Part shown: positions 39,199 to 47,872 of the stretch, piece by piece
Numbering within the stretch: position 1 is the first letter of the stretch
How the letters are laid out: the number at the start of each line of letters is the position of its first letter
IMG/VR virus record: IMGVR_UViG_3300021979_000001
Coordinates: 258,948-322,947 of that record
Direction: 5' to 3' (one strand)
DNA from: a virus
Taxonomy: Duplodnaviria; Heunggongvirae; Uroviricota; Caudoviricetes
Length of the DNA: 64,000 nucleotides
Notes under the pieces: generated by a model
Seen by the model: only the letters and a program-made list of their open reading frames with translations
Told to the model about the DNA's origin: nothing
Databases searched by the model: none
Program-made: the position numbers and the translations under genes

Positions 39199-39669
39199 AT
39201 GGAAATTTTATCACGTTATCGGAAAATTGCACTTGATTTCGATGGAACCTTATTTGACGGCCCAGCAAGTGAATATTTGCAAGAATATGTTGTTGATAAC
39301 CAGGACAAGTCATACGGAATTGTTACATTTCGGGATGACCGAGCATCTGTTATGCGTGATCTTTCTGCAATGGGTCTTTCACCGAACTTATTTGCAACAA
39401 TCATAACAATGCCAAGAAAGATGGCAATTGATTTTGAAGCAGAAACGACGATGCGACGACATGCGGGATTACCGTTATTAGCAACGGTATCATCAGATCA
39501 AATGTTTCCGACTGAACATAAGTATGTCATGTGGAAAGGTTTTGTTTGCATGAAAATTGGAGCATCGGTCTTAATTGACGACCTGCCTTGGGCGGTTAAA
39601 CCTGGATGCACCCGGTTTAATATCGATTATGTTGATGTGGCATCACTAAAAATACCAGCCTATACGTGA
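39199..39669 (+). CDS. HAD-superfamily phosphatase
   Basis: IALDFDGTL (motif I), IVTFR (II), K (III), LIDD (IV). Confidence 0.75.
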   Translation: MEILSRYRKIALDFDGTLFDGPASEYLQEYVVDNQDKSYGIVTFRDDRASVMRDLSAMGLSPNLFATIITMPRKMAIDFEAETTMRRHAGLPLLATVSSDQMFPTEHKYVMWKGFVCMKIGASVLIDDLPWAVKPGCTRFNIDYVDVASLKIPAYT

Positions 39670-39715
39670 ACCTTCATTAAAAAGGAAGATCAACATTTGC
39701 CATATTCGCGTTACA

Positions 39716-40078
39716 CTATTCTTTAACGCGAACCAACATAACAACACCGTTGTCGTAATCAATTAAACAATTAATTAGACCATTAAATTTTTCGTTTAGT
39801 TTAATGTCAAAATCATTAAAACGTTCAAATGTTTCGCAATCAAACATTAGAATTTTCTGTTTATCATCATTGGAAATTGGCAAATGCGCCATTTCCCAAT
39901 CATCCATATCATACGCTTCCATTTCTTCATCTAGACCCTCGAAACCAATGGCATCCCAAGTTTCGCAATCTAAATCATCAAACGATAAATCAGGAATCAT
40001 ATTTAAGTATGAATCAACAATATTATTATTTGGCACATTCGTAATGATAGCGATAAGAATATTGATAAATTCACGCAT
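39716..40078 (-). CDS. acidic hypothetical protein
   Basis: 120 aa, Asp/Glu-rich, starts MREFINIL. Confidence 0.55.
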   Translation of the reverse strand: MREFINILIAIITNVPNNNIVDSYLNMIPDLSFDDLDCETWDAIGFEGLDEEMEAYDMDDWEMAHLPISNDDKQKILMFDCETFERFNDFDIKLNEKFNGLINCLIDYDNGVVMLVRVKE

Positions 40079-40112
40079 ACAACGGTCCTGATAACTTATC
40101 TATTAATAAATT

Positions 40113-40204
40113 TGGCGGGTGGGGTGGGATTTGAACCCACGGTTCGCCTCACGACGAACGACAGTTTTCAAGACTGTTGCAATAAGCCACTCTGCCACCC
40201 ACCC
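40113..40204 (-). tRNA. tRNA-Ser(UGA)
   Basis: Acceptor GGGTGGG/CCCACCC-G-CCA, anticodon arm ACAGT-CTTGAAA-ACTGT, long variable arm, TTCAAAT T-loop, encoded CCA. Confidence 0.95.
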
Positions 40205-40219
40205 GTTGTATGGTGTGTT

Positions 40220-40309
40220 TGGAGGAAAGAGAGGGATTTGAACCCTCGAACCGGTTTCCCGGTTAACGCGATAGCAACACGCCGCAATAAGCCACTCTGC
40301 CACCTTTCC
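40220..40309 (-). tRNA. tRNA-Ser(GCU), atypical
   Basis: Acceptor GGAAAGG/TCTTTCC-T-CCA, anticodon arm GCGTG-TTGCTAT-CGCGT, long variable arm; D-arm identical to the neighbouring tRNA. Confidence 0.85.
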
Positions 40310-40377
40310 TCGTCAACTAACATTTATTTATCATCCAATATAATATCGGTCAATAAAAAACATCATTCATCAATACA

Positions 40378-40767
40378 TTATTGTTTATGTTTGTTCTGAT
40401 ATTTCTTCCACTTATTAAACGAACCATATGTTTTGAAACTAAGACGATATTCAGCTAACTGGATGCGTTCTTCAAGTTTTCTATCTAATTCCTGTAGCCT
40501 TAGTTCGAAATCAGTAAATTCAATGGTGTCTTTGTTTGCCTTTCTCTGGTTGCAATCATGACATGCCGCAACAGTGTTTTTAACCGAATGATATTTAACT
40601 TTTGATATTGGGATCACATGATCAACCGTAGCCTCTGATCGAGTGATTTTTTCACCACAATAGACACAACGGTTATTTTGTTTTTCAAGATTTCGTTCGC
40701 GATCAAGTTTATAAAAAACATGATCTACCAAACTCATTCTTTTGCGACGGGTTTTAGTTTTATTCAT
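40378..40767 (-). CDS. HNH endonuclease
   Basis: CVYC...ATVDHVIP...N..AACHDCNQRK; immediately upstream of the tRNA pair. Confidence 0.85.
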   Translation of the reverse strand: MNKTKTRRKRMSLVDHVFYKLDRERNLEKQNNRCVYCGEKITRSEATVDHVIPISKVKYHSVKNTVAACHDCNQRKANKDTIEFTDFELRLQELDRKLEERIQLAEYRLSFKTYGSFNKWKKYQNKHKQ

Positions 40768-40834
40768 AATGACATATCCTTTGTAAGTTAATGTCTTATT
40801 ATAGCAAACCACGCCGCATCAAATCAATTTATCG

Positions 40835-41332
40835 TCACCCCGAAGCATGTGAAAATATTTTCGATGCCCAATTGCATGCATCTTTTTTGCTGTAGAATAA
40901 GAAAGTAACCCACCACGATTCTAATTTGTGAGTGTTTACATGCGTGTTTGAATATGCGTTAAATTGGTATGCTTCATCGATCTTAGATTCATATGCCACC
41001 ATTTCGTCCAGGGACGACACATAACTCGGCATAAGGTAATCAATGATCGCCAACGTTTGATCACAGGAAAAATAAAGACCAGTCAGTTTGCAAGAAATTA
41101 CACCGGATGTCTGACTATCAATTGAATCTATTTTCACGCCATATAATTTTCCAGCATGAAGCTGTTCAGGAAAAATAACAGCGGATGAATAATTCTGCAT
41201 CAGATCAATTTTTTTCTGAAACAGCGATGCATGTTGCGGGGCACTTGATAACACCCGAAGCACACGATATTCATCGGAATATGTGTTTTCGTTGAACCGA
41301 ATTGCTGACATTGCTAATTCTACCACCCCCAT
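40835..41332 (-). CDS. hypothetical protein
   Basis: 165 aa; C-terminal FLFYSKKDA motif. Confidence 0.55.
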   Translation of the reverse strand: MGVVELAMSAIRFNENTYSDEYRVLRVLSSAPQHASLFQKKIDLMQNYSSAVIFPEQLHAGKLYGVKIDSIDSQTSGVISCKLTGLYFSCDQTLAIIDYLMPSYVSSLDEMVAYESKIDEAYQFNAYSNTHVNTHKLESWWVTFLFYSKKDACNWASKIFSHASG

Positions 41333-41811
41333 GTCGCCGAAATATGATTTTTTATAAATTTTTCTGCATCACGTTCTTTTGCAAAAAAATATTGTGCCAT
41401 GGTGTATGTCTTTTTCGTTTCCCCTGGGTTGGAAATAATCAATTCTACTTCACGAACTTTATTGTTGTGTTCGATTATGCTTGCCTGTTCCGGTGTTATT
41501 GACTTGCATTCGGGATTGGTTGTGCCAATATTGTTTACATGAAAATACACGGATGATGCCCGCACGAAGTCGATTTTACTAATCGAAAACATCGGACAAT
41601 GTAATACTCCCGTTGGAACATTACACATATATAACGTATCGTGTTTTTTGAAATGTTCTAAAAACACAACTAATGACGGATACGTAGTCTTGGTGTATAT
41701 CTTATGACTATATAATCCCCACCAATCATTGCCGGTCAGTTTGAGACGAGCGGAATCAGATTGACTTATTTTGTTTTGCGATTTATTTCGCGTTTTCATT
41801 GCGCGGGTCAT
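41320..41811 (-). CDS. hypothetical protein
   Basis: 163 aa; C-terminal YFFAKERDAEKF motif. Confidence 0.55.
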   Translation of the reverse strand: MTRAMKTRNKSQNKISQSDSARLKLTGNDWWGLYSHKIYTKTTYPSLVVFLEHFKKHDTLYMCNVPTGVLHCPMFSISKIDFVRASSVYFHVNNIGTTNPECKSITPEQASIIEHNNKVREVELIISNPGETKKTYTMAQYFFAKERDAEKFIKNHISATWGW

Positions 41812-42034
41812 TTCGCAAGTCTTTCTTTAGTTTGTTAACAAAATTACGCAAACCACGTGGAAACGGATTGTAATTCCCGATCACCGTGCTTTGGTCACCG
41901 CACCAATCACAACGCTGTTCATTTCCATCCCATTCATGATGACATGATTTACATTTTCTGTGTTCCAAAGAATATACCCCAATTGCCAAAGTTAAAACAT
42001 TTACGGGGGATGATTGCATCCCCCGGTTTTTCAT
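41783..42034 (-). CDS. small zinc-ribbon protein
   Basis: CKSC...CDWC. Confidence 0.55.
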   Translation of the reverse strand: MKNRGMQSSPVNVLTLAIGVYSLEHRKCKSCHHEWDGNEQRCDWCGDQSTVIGNYNPFPRGLRNFVNKLKKDLRNDPRNENAK

Positions 42035-42046
42035 TATCTGGATTAT

Positions 42047-42427
42047 TCACAAAACCAATTTGGTGAAACCGACTTCATCAACAACAAAAAATTCGGCATT
42101 ATGTTCAATGATGTCGCCCACCGCAGTTGAACGATGGGCATATTTTTTCCCATCAATTGTGACAACGGGTTCAACCAATGTTATTTTATCATCAGTTGAC
42201 ATTGACCAGGCCGTTTCCATGTTTTGAGTCAAAGCATATGCCAACTCAATATCGTCGGCAGCGACCGTTGCCATTTTGGTATATCCACCACCAATGAACA
42301 AATCTGTGGCAGCTTGTCGCCGAGCAATGCTTTCTGCATCCAATGTGTTGATTGCCGTAATGGGATCAGTAATTCCCAACCGGGTTTCGGTTTCGACATC
42401 ATCTGCAATATGATAAATGATAAACAT
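42047..42427 (-). CDS. YodL-like domain protein
   Basis: C-terminal HRSTAVGDII...FFVVDEVGF resembles the YodL-type RSxSVGD...GF motif; sigma70-like TTGACG-17-TATAGT upstream. Confidence 0.5.
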   Translation of the reverse strand: MFIIYHIADDVETETRLGITDPITAINTLDAESIARRQAATDLFIGGGYTKMATVAADDIELAYALTQNMETAWSMSTDDKITLVEPVVTIDGKKYAHRSTAVGDIIEHNAEFFVVDEVGFTKLVL

Positions 42428-42499
42428 AGTATTTGTTGTCTTCTTCCTAAGTGTTGTTTCTATATTTTACTATATGGTTTAAAAATATTTTCGTCAACA

Positions 42500-42534
42500 A
42501 AAAAAGCGATGTCGTGATCAATGACATCGCTTTT
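42500..42534 (-). terminator. rho-independent terminator
   Basis: AAAAGCGATGTC-loop-GACATCGCTTTT with T-tract on the minus strand. Confidence 0.75.
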
Positions 42535-42681
42535 CCGGTTCGGTAGATATGATCCGATCCTACCCCTAAAATCGGCTACCAAGATGTAATCTTAACATTA
42601 AACTTCGAACAACAGCGACCCGGCCTTGGTGTGTGGGCATTGCGCAATGTCCACCCAATATAGAATATGGTTCAAGTGTTT

Positions 42682-42710
42682 ATTATATAATGAACCACAA
42701 TCCATATCAA
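42682..42710 (-). promoter_or_regulatory. sigma70-type promoter
   Basis: Minus strand TTGATA-17 nt-TATAAT. Confidence 0.6.
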
Positions 42711-42773
42711 TCAAAGCAATCATATCTGAACAACGAAAATATAACTCATGCCCATGTCCGATGCAAGTTATTT

Positions 42774-42953
42774 TTACCCACCATCATAGTTTCTTAACTC
42801 GGAATTGCACGCCCCACATACGACAGTTCCATCCTGCCATATTGGATCATAATTGGTAATTTTCGGTTTGGTTTTATCCAAATCGCATTCAAGTTGGGCA
42901 ATGTGTTTTTGCATAATAGCAATTTGTCTGCGTAATTTATTAATGTCATCCAT
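42774..42953 (-). CDS. 59-aa coiled-coil/CxxC protein
   Basis: MDDINKLRRQIAIMQKHIAQLECDLDKTKPKITNYDPIWQDGTVVCGACNSELRNYDGG read from the sequence. Confidence 0.55.
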   Translation of the reverse strand: MDDINKLRRQIAIMQKHIAQLECDLDKTKPKITNYDPIWQDGTVVCGACNSELRNYDGG

Positions 42954-43002
42954 ATTTTTTACTCAAACGAATTGAGGCGGGCACGACACCCGCCTCGATA
43001 AT

Positions 43003-44178
43003 TTAAACGATGTAATGTGGGACGATTTTTGAATCACTCACGACGATTGGACTGTCATCTTGTTCGCGAATGACCATACCACACGCGGTTTCGCCAACAC
43101 ACCATGATCCAATCACAATATAATGGTTATCAATGTGTGGGACATTAACCCGAGCCTGGTATATATTGCGAGATCGATACCCGGCATCATGACTTTCAAT
43201 CACACCGTCCGGTGACACCATCTTAATATTTGCTCCTTCCCGTGCAAGTATCGGTTTTGCGACATAATTATCCCCCAGTTTGTCTGGGCTGAAATATGCC
43301 GGTAGCAAATTCGGATGATCCGGGAACAAATCCCATAACACTGCCAATATCGCTTTGTTGGATAATAATGCTTTCCAAATTGGTTCCAGGAAACCGATAT
43401 TCGCATTAACGAGAGCATCACCAAATTCTTCGGCAAACATCCATTCCCACGGATATAGCTTATCCAAAAACCGGATCACAATGTCGTCTTGATCAACAAA
43501 TTCACCATCTTCGGTAAGACCGATCATATTAATCGGGACATGCTTAACCTTAATGCCCCCTTGCATGGCAAGTTCCATGTAATATTCAATGTGTTGGCGT
43601 TCTTCTGGTGCATCATGAAATGACGTAAAATGCAAGATAGCCCCTTCTGGCATCAAATCACGAATCCGGGAATACCGATCAATCAATTCTTCGTGTAAAC
43701 TGTTAAATTGATCTGCATCGGGATGCACGTCGTTTTTCCACATCCACTGGATAACACTTGTTTCAATTGCGGTCGTTGGGGTATCACAATTGTATTCAAG
43801 CATCTTTGGTGCGGTTAATTCCGGGCGGGATGGATCGAATAATAAATCAAACCGTCCTTTGATATATGGATCATTTCGTTCCCAGGATTCAATGATCATC
43901 GGGCGAAACTTTTCTGGAATTTCGAAATTATCCATCAAATGAGGATTTTTGACAATGTGGGCAACCGCATCCAAACACCGTTGGTGCAATTCTTCTGTTG
44001 CCGCTTCAATTGTTTCAATTTCCGGTAATGAAAACGAATATGAAACCGTTTCATCCCAATAGCATCCGTCATTCCCAATTTCGGTTGATGGATGAACGCC
44101 GAAAGAATGATAGGTCAAACCTTGATCTTCAACAATTTGAACCCAATCATTTCGGGCCAAATGGGTGTCGCGCTTCAT
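43003..44178 (-). CDS. glutathionylspermidine synthase family ATP-grasp ligase (YgiC-like)
   Basis: YWDE..Y.F, GRFDL, KMLEYNCDTPT, QFNSLHE, KLYPWEW, EPIWKALLSNKAIL..LW..FPDHPNLLPA, KP..REGAN, IGSW. Confidence 0.92.
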   Translation of the reverse strand: MKRDTHLARNDWVQIVEDQGLTYHSFGVHPSTEIGNDGCYWDETVSYSFSLPEIETIEAATEELHQRCLDAVAHIVKNPHLMDNFEIPEKFRPMIIESWERNDPYIKGRFDLLFDPSRPELTAPKMLEYNCDTPTTAIETSVIQWMWKNDVHPDADQFNSLHEELIDRYSRIRDLMPEGAILHFTSFHDAPEERQHIEYYMELAMQGGIKVKHVPINMIGLTEDGEFVDQDDIVIRFLDKLYPWEWMFAEEFGDALVNANIGFLEPIWKALLSNKAILAVLWDLFPDHPNLLPAYFSPDKLGDNYVAKPILAREGANIKMVSPDGVIESHDAGYRSRNIYQARVNVPHIDNHYIVIGSWCVGETACGMVIREQDDSPIVVSDSKIVPHYIV

Positions 44179-44246
44179 CTATTAAATCCCCACATTAAAT
44201 AAAAATGTCAGGACAAAACACCATCCTGACACAAATGCTGTTCAAT

Positions 44247-44738
44247 TTACGCACCAACCGAAAATGATCGTCCAGTTGATCCAAACCCACCACGAGAAAC
44301 TGACCGTGCCCCGGTCACAGGGGTGGTAGCCCGCGAATTGGTTGATGTGAACGTGTTTCCATTCTTACCGAAATACACCGGACTTGATGTATAATAAGAG
44401 GATGAATCGCGTGTCATACGTCCCATCATATAACCCATCCAGATCGGCAAAAACACCGATCCACCACCGGACGATGCCTGCGTTTCACACTTGCCCACAC
44501 CAAATTGGTTTTCGCATTCTTCCTTTTTGGAAAAAGTTGGCGCAGATTTCTGATGTTGTTCCTTTGCTGATGCCATCATATTTTTGCATGTCGCTTCCGG
44601 GTAGTAGTGAGAACAACTGTCCACATCACTAAAGGTGTTTGGTTTCCGGTCATCCTGGCATGCACCCAACGACAACGCGACCAAACTGACCGTGGTGAAC
44701 GTAATAAATTTCATACTTTTTGTTTGTTTCATGATCAT
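44247..44738 (-). CDS. DUF1190 (YgiB-like) lipoprotein
   Basis: Lipobox LGAC, AP.F.....CE..FG...C, F.P...GYMMG, SRGGFG C-terminus; upstream of the YgiC-like gene. Confidence 0.85.
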   Translation of the reverse strand: MIMKQTKSMKFITFTTVSLVALSLGACQDDRKPNTFSDVDSCSHYYPEATCKNMMASAKEQHQKSAPTFSKKEECENQFGVGKCETQASSGGGSVFLPIWMGYMMGRMTRDSSSYYTSSPVYFGKNGNTFTSTNSRATTPVTGARSVSRGGFGSTGRSFSVGA

Positions 44739-44845
44739 CTCAAAAAGGAGGTTGACGAAGCAAAAATACTAGCATTGCAATATTATGGTTGTCAATTTTT
44801 ATATGTGATGCAATTTAATACCCACATATTGTCGCCATATTTTCA

Positions 44846-44853
44846 TATAAATA
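44846..44853 (+). promoter_or_regulatory. T4-consensus late promoter TATAAATA
   Basis: Exact TATAAATA with only 5 nt between it and ATG 44859. Confidence 0.7.
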
Positions 44854-44858
44854 TCCGT

Positions 44859-45236
44859 ATGGAAAACTTATTTTTATCGCTTACAGCGAACCTAACAGAA
44901 CACCTTCTTCCTTGGTTAACCATATTATTGTCTATCACCATATCGTTATTGGTAAAAGACATGATTTCGGCCATTTCCAAAGGAATCATGTTTCGTATGA
45001 GCAGTCATTTCAACGAAGGTGACATCGTGTATCTGGACGGAGAAAAGGCAATCATCGTTAACATGGGACTATTTCAAACCGTGTTTTCAATCGATGGGCC
45101 ACAAGGTAAGGTATGGCGAATAGTCCCGAATGATCGAATTTCGTTCCTTCGCCTGGATCGTATAATCGATACAAAACCAGGATCAGATGAAATTGTCATC
45201 ACTCCCCTGTTTGATAAAAATACCGACCAAAAATAA
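44859..45236 (+). CDS. small membrane protein with MscS-like beta domain
   Basis: One TM helix, then FNEGDIVYLDG...I...GLFQT...IVPN (MscS F..GD.I...G...I....T...PN pattern). Confidence 0.6.
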   Translation: MENLFLSLTANLTEHLLPWLTILLSITISLLVKDMISAISKGIMFRMSSHFNEGDIVYLDGEKAIIVNMGLFQTVFSIDGPQGKVWRIVPNDRISFLRLDRIIDTKPGSDEIVITPLFDKNTDQK

Positions 45237-45266
45237 AAAGACCGGCTGTTACACCGGTCTTTTTTT
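45235..45266. terminator. bidirectional terminator
   Basis: AAAAAGACCGG-loop-CCGGTCTTTTT between convergent genes. Confidence 0.8.
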
Positions 45267-45297
45267 ATTTCGTAAGTAGTCCGTTTTCTTCGTAGAC

Positions 45298-45741
45298 TTA
45301 AGCCTCGTGTTTCTTATAACTTGCTTTACGTGCCTTTGTCAACCCGGTTTTAATTCCCCCAACCAGTTTCGCGTGTTTATTTTTGTCAAACTCCGACGAT
45401 GCCCGAATTTCAGCCAAGGCAGCAACATATGCGCCAACTTTGGTTGGACGAATGTGATTTGGACGATTACCCAAATTCCATTGCTCGCGACACACCGGAT
45501 CAGGAACCGGCAATAACTTCCCCTTGTTGTCGATGGAAAGATATTTAATCCGCTTGTATGCAGTGACAACTTTATAATTGCCACCCCGCCGACACCGAAC
45601 GGATTTGACTTCATAACTCACTAATTCAAACGTCGGTGATTCCTTGTCCTCGTGTGAACAATTTTCATCCCACCACCGAGAATCTTCATCAAAGCCAAGA
45701 TACCATTCAACTTCGTAAAAAATGTCCCCTTTCTTATCCAT
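45298..45741 (-). CDS. hypothetical protein
   Basis: 147-aa ORF. Confidence 0.6.
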   Translation of the reverse strand: MDKKGDIFYEVEWYLGFDEDSRWWDENCSHEDKESPTFELVSYEVKSVRCRRGGNYKVVTAYKRIKYLSIDNKGKLLPVPDPVCREQWNLGNRPNHIRPTKVGAYVAALAEIRASSEFDKNKHAKLVGGIKTGLTKARKASYKKHEA

Positions 45742-45905
45742 AAATCAAACCTTTTCAAAATATTATCATAATGCATATTCATAAGATAACATTAAAAATA
45801 AAAACAATCAACTATTTTTTTCATTGTGGTGTTTATAATATCAAATATATCGGGTTCAGTAATGATAAATACTGTTATAATTTCTAAATTATATGGGTTT
45901 ATAAC

Positions 45906-46418
45906 ATGCGCGAACATATCAATATTGTTAAAGGTTTACATAACACCAAATCAACATTGGATGAAAAAAGAGCCAGGCGGTCAAAAAGAAAAACCCGCCG
46001 GAAACAGAAAACCGCGTCGTTGGTGTATCCTTATGTTGGGGCATGGTATGGTTATAATGACGATACCGGGTTTGATGGTGGAGATGTGTCAGAAGACATT
46101 GATGCCAGTGTTATGGGCGTGATTGATGAAGATCGTAACCCAATGCCGGTTTTTTATGGTTCGGATGATTCTGACATCAATGGTTGGTTTTGCAATGATC
46201 GGCAGTTTGCAGTCGAGTGTGGTAGTAATGTGTCATCCCATTATATTAAAATGGCAAAACCCTATGTAATAGAAAATCCTGGCTTGCAACATCCAATGTT
46301 AACCGGGGAAGACCCAGTGCCGATGTTACAGAACCAAGGATATGATGGGATTATTGTAGCGGGGAATGGGTTGATAAATTATTATGTATTTGACAGTTCA
46401 CAAATAATCAACATCTGA
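45906..46418 (+). CDS. basic-patch protein with degenerate ART-PolyVal-like domain
   Basis: MREHINIV...LDE, KRARRSKRKTRRKQK, NPMPVFYGS...WF...A...YIKMAKP...GYDGII...YYVFDSSQI; GATAAATA at 45864-45871. Confidence 0.55.
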   Translation: MREHINIVKGLHNTKSTLDEKRARRSKRKTRRKQKTASLVYPYVGAWYGYNDDTGFDGGDVSEDIDASVMGVIDEDRNPMPVFYGSDDSDINGWFCNDRQFAVECGSNVSSHYIKMAKPYVIENPGLQHPMLTGEDPVPMLQNQGYDGIIVAGNGLINYYVFDSSQIINI

Positions 46419-46419
46419 A

Positions 46420-47415
46420 CTTTGCAATTTTTGCAATACGGTATCGGTATATACACAAAGCCGAAGGCCGGTAACAACCAACCTTCGGCTATTTGGCCCG
46501 TGTCTTCAATACTGTTCGGGTTACAGCTTTATTTTTTTATTTAATAGTTCATTTTATTTTTGACATTTGATCCCCGACGAAACTATTATGATCGAACATA
46601 CGCATAAGGAGTAACAGGGGCGACTCCACCCCAAAAATTTAGACCAGAAAACGAGACTGGGATAAATGATAGTGCAATCACCAAGCCGTCGATCCCCTCG
46701 ATCAGTAAGGGTGATGGCAGCCGCTTGACAGAAGAATGCGAAAGCCGTTCTGTAAAAAGGCACCACGAAAAAGATGGCAATATGTCTTACAATTTGACAA
46801 ATGCCTGCATGCATCGTCCCCCAATGGCGTAATGCATGTGCTTGATACTTTTAAATCCAATATTTTTATCATAACCGTTTGGTCGCAATAAAATTTACCG
46901 GATTGGCGCTGGATGTGTAATTCCCAGTTACCTTTCTCTTGTAGGTGAAATTGACCGGAGTAGGGCGGCTACACGCTGGTTTCGGGAAACCGCCAGCTTC
47001 ATCTATAAACGATGATCACCGCTAATTGGGTTGGCAATGTGACTCAAGATGTCATATCTCCAATAGTCTCCCCTGTCTAACAAATATTTTTTCCCATGGT
47101 TCTATTACTATGGATAAATTTTTGTTAGACAGGGGGGCTAAAATATTGACGTGATCTAAGATATTGAATCAAACAATAGTTTTAAGATAATTGTTATCAA
47201 ACAATAACATTATTCTTCCAAAATGGCATAACGAGTGATGATAAAATCATTGCGATTTCAAGAGCAATGATTTTAGATAGAACGAGTTAAATGCCTAGTG
47301 GGGAATGAAATGAGTGTTCCCGTAAGGGAATACGAATGAAATTTCACGCTACATAATAATAAAAAACACACAGAAACAATCCATGTGTTTTAATTGGTCT
47401 TTTTTATGGATGTCT
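46420..47415 (+). ncRNA. ~1-kb structured non-coding region (candidate large ncRNA and/or replication origin)
   Basis: No credible gene; many stems (46459-46490, 46685-46718, 46728-46753, 47070-47135, 47242-47275, 47298-47347), with G-T wobbles favouring the + strand. Confidence 0.5.
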
Positions 47416-47838
47416 TTACTCAAAGACAAATTTAATTAGTTCTGCATAATCACCAGGTAATTCAAATCGACTTGATGATTCATCTGAATCAATCCATACT
47501 TCTCTTGCTGTTCGGACCAATGGCAAACATTTCTTCCAAGCCAATTTTATGTCTTCGAGTTTTCCTTCAATCATTAATTCGCGATCAGATCGCCAATTGG
47601 GATGCACTATACGAACCCATCCAGCACTAAACATTGTTGGATAAACTGTTAATGAGTTATTTCCCGTGATTTTTGGAACACCTAATTCCCCAGAATGTTC
47701 TTTAGCCCATGGTATATGCTGTTCTTCTTCTACCGGGTAAATTTTTTGCTCTTTTGCGTTAATCCAGGCACCATATGCTTTTGTGTTGAAGCTATACTCA
47801 AAGAGCAATGACGGATTAAACAATTCATAAATATTCAT
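47416..47838 (-). CDS. hypothetical late protein with capsid-targeting-like N-terminus
   Basis: MNIYELFNPSLLFE; GAWI...H...GWVRI; GATAAATA/AATAAATA at 47867-47881. Confidence 0.6.
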   Translation of the reverse strand: MNIYELFNPSLLFEYSFNTKAYGAWINAKEQKIYPVEEEQHIPWAKEHSGELGVPKITGNNSLTVYPTMFSAGWVRIVHPNWRSDRELMIEGKLEDIKLAWKKCLPLVRTAREVWIDSDESSSRFELPGDYAELIKFVFE

Positions 47839-47872
47839 CAGAAAATCACCAAATAATAATTTTGTTTATTTA

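Noticed and set aside
40103-40399. ORFs 40103-40303, 40112-40399 and 55459-55816 overlapping tRNAs
   Set aside because: These are translations of tRNA sequence; only the 3' part of 55459-55683 might be a real small gene.
42598-42840. Minus-strand frame with a single in-frame TGA, suggesting readthrough or recoding
   Set aside because: A clean 59-aa ORF in another frame (42774-42953) and a promoter explain the region, and long genes translate normally with the standard code.
46608-46632. GGGGCGACTCCACC resembles tmRNA ends (GGGGC.../...CTCCACCA)
   Set aside because: The two pieces are adjacent, with no T-arm, no terminal CCA and no tag reading frame. It is better explained as a local pseudoknot.
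46554-46814. 86-aa and 64-aa minus-strand ORFs in the structured region
   Set aside because: They have no motifs or clear SD and lie antisense to the wobble-favoured structure, so they are probably spurious.
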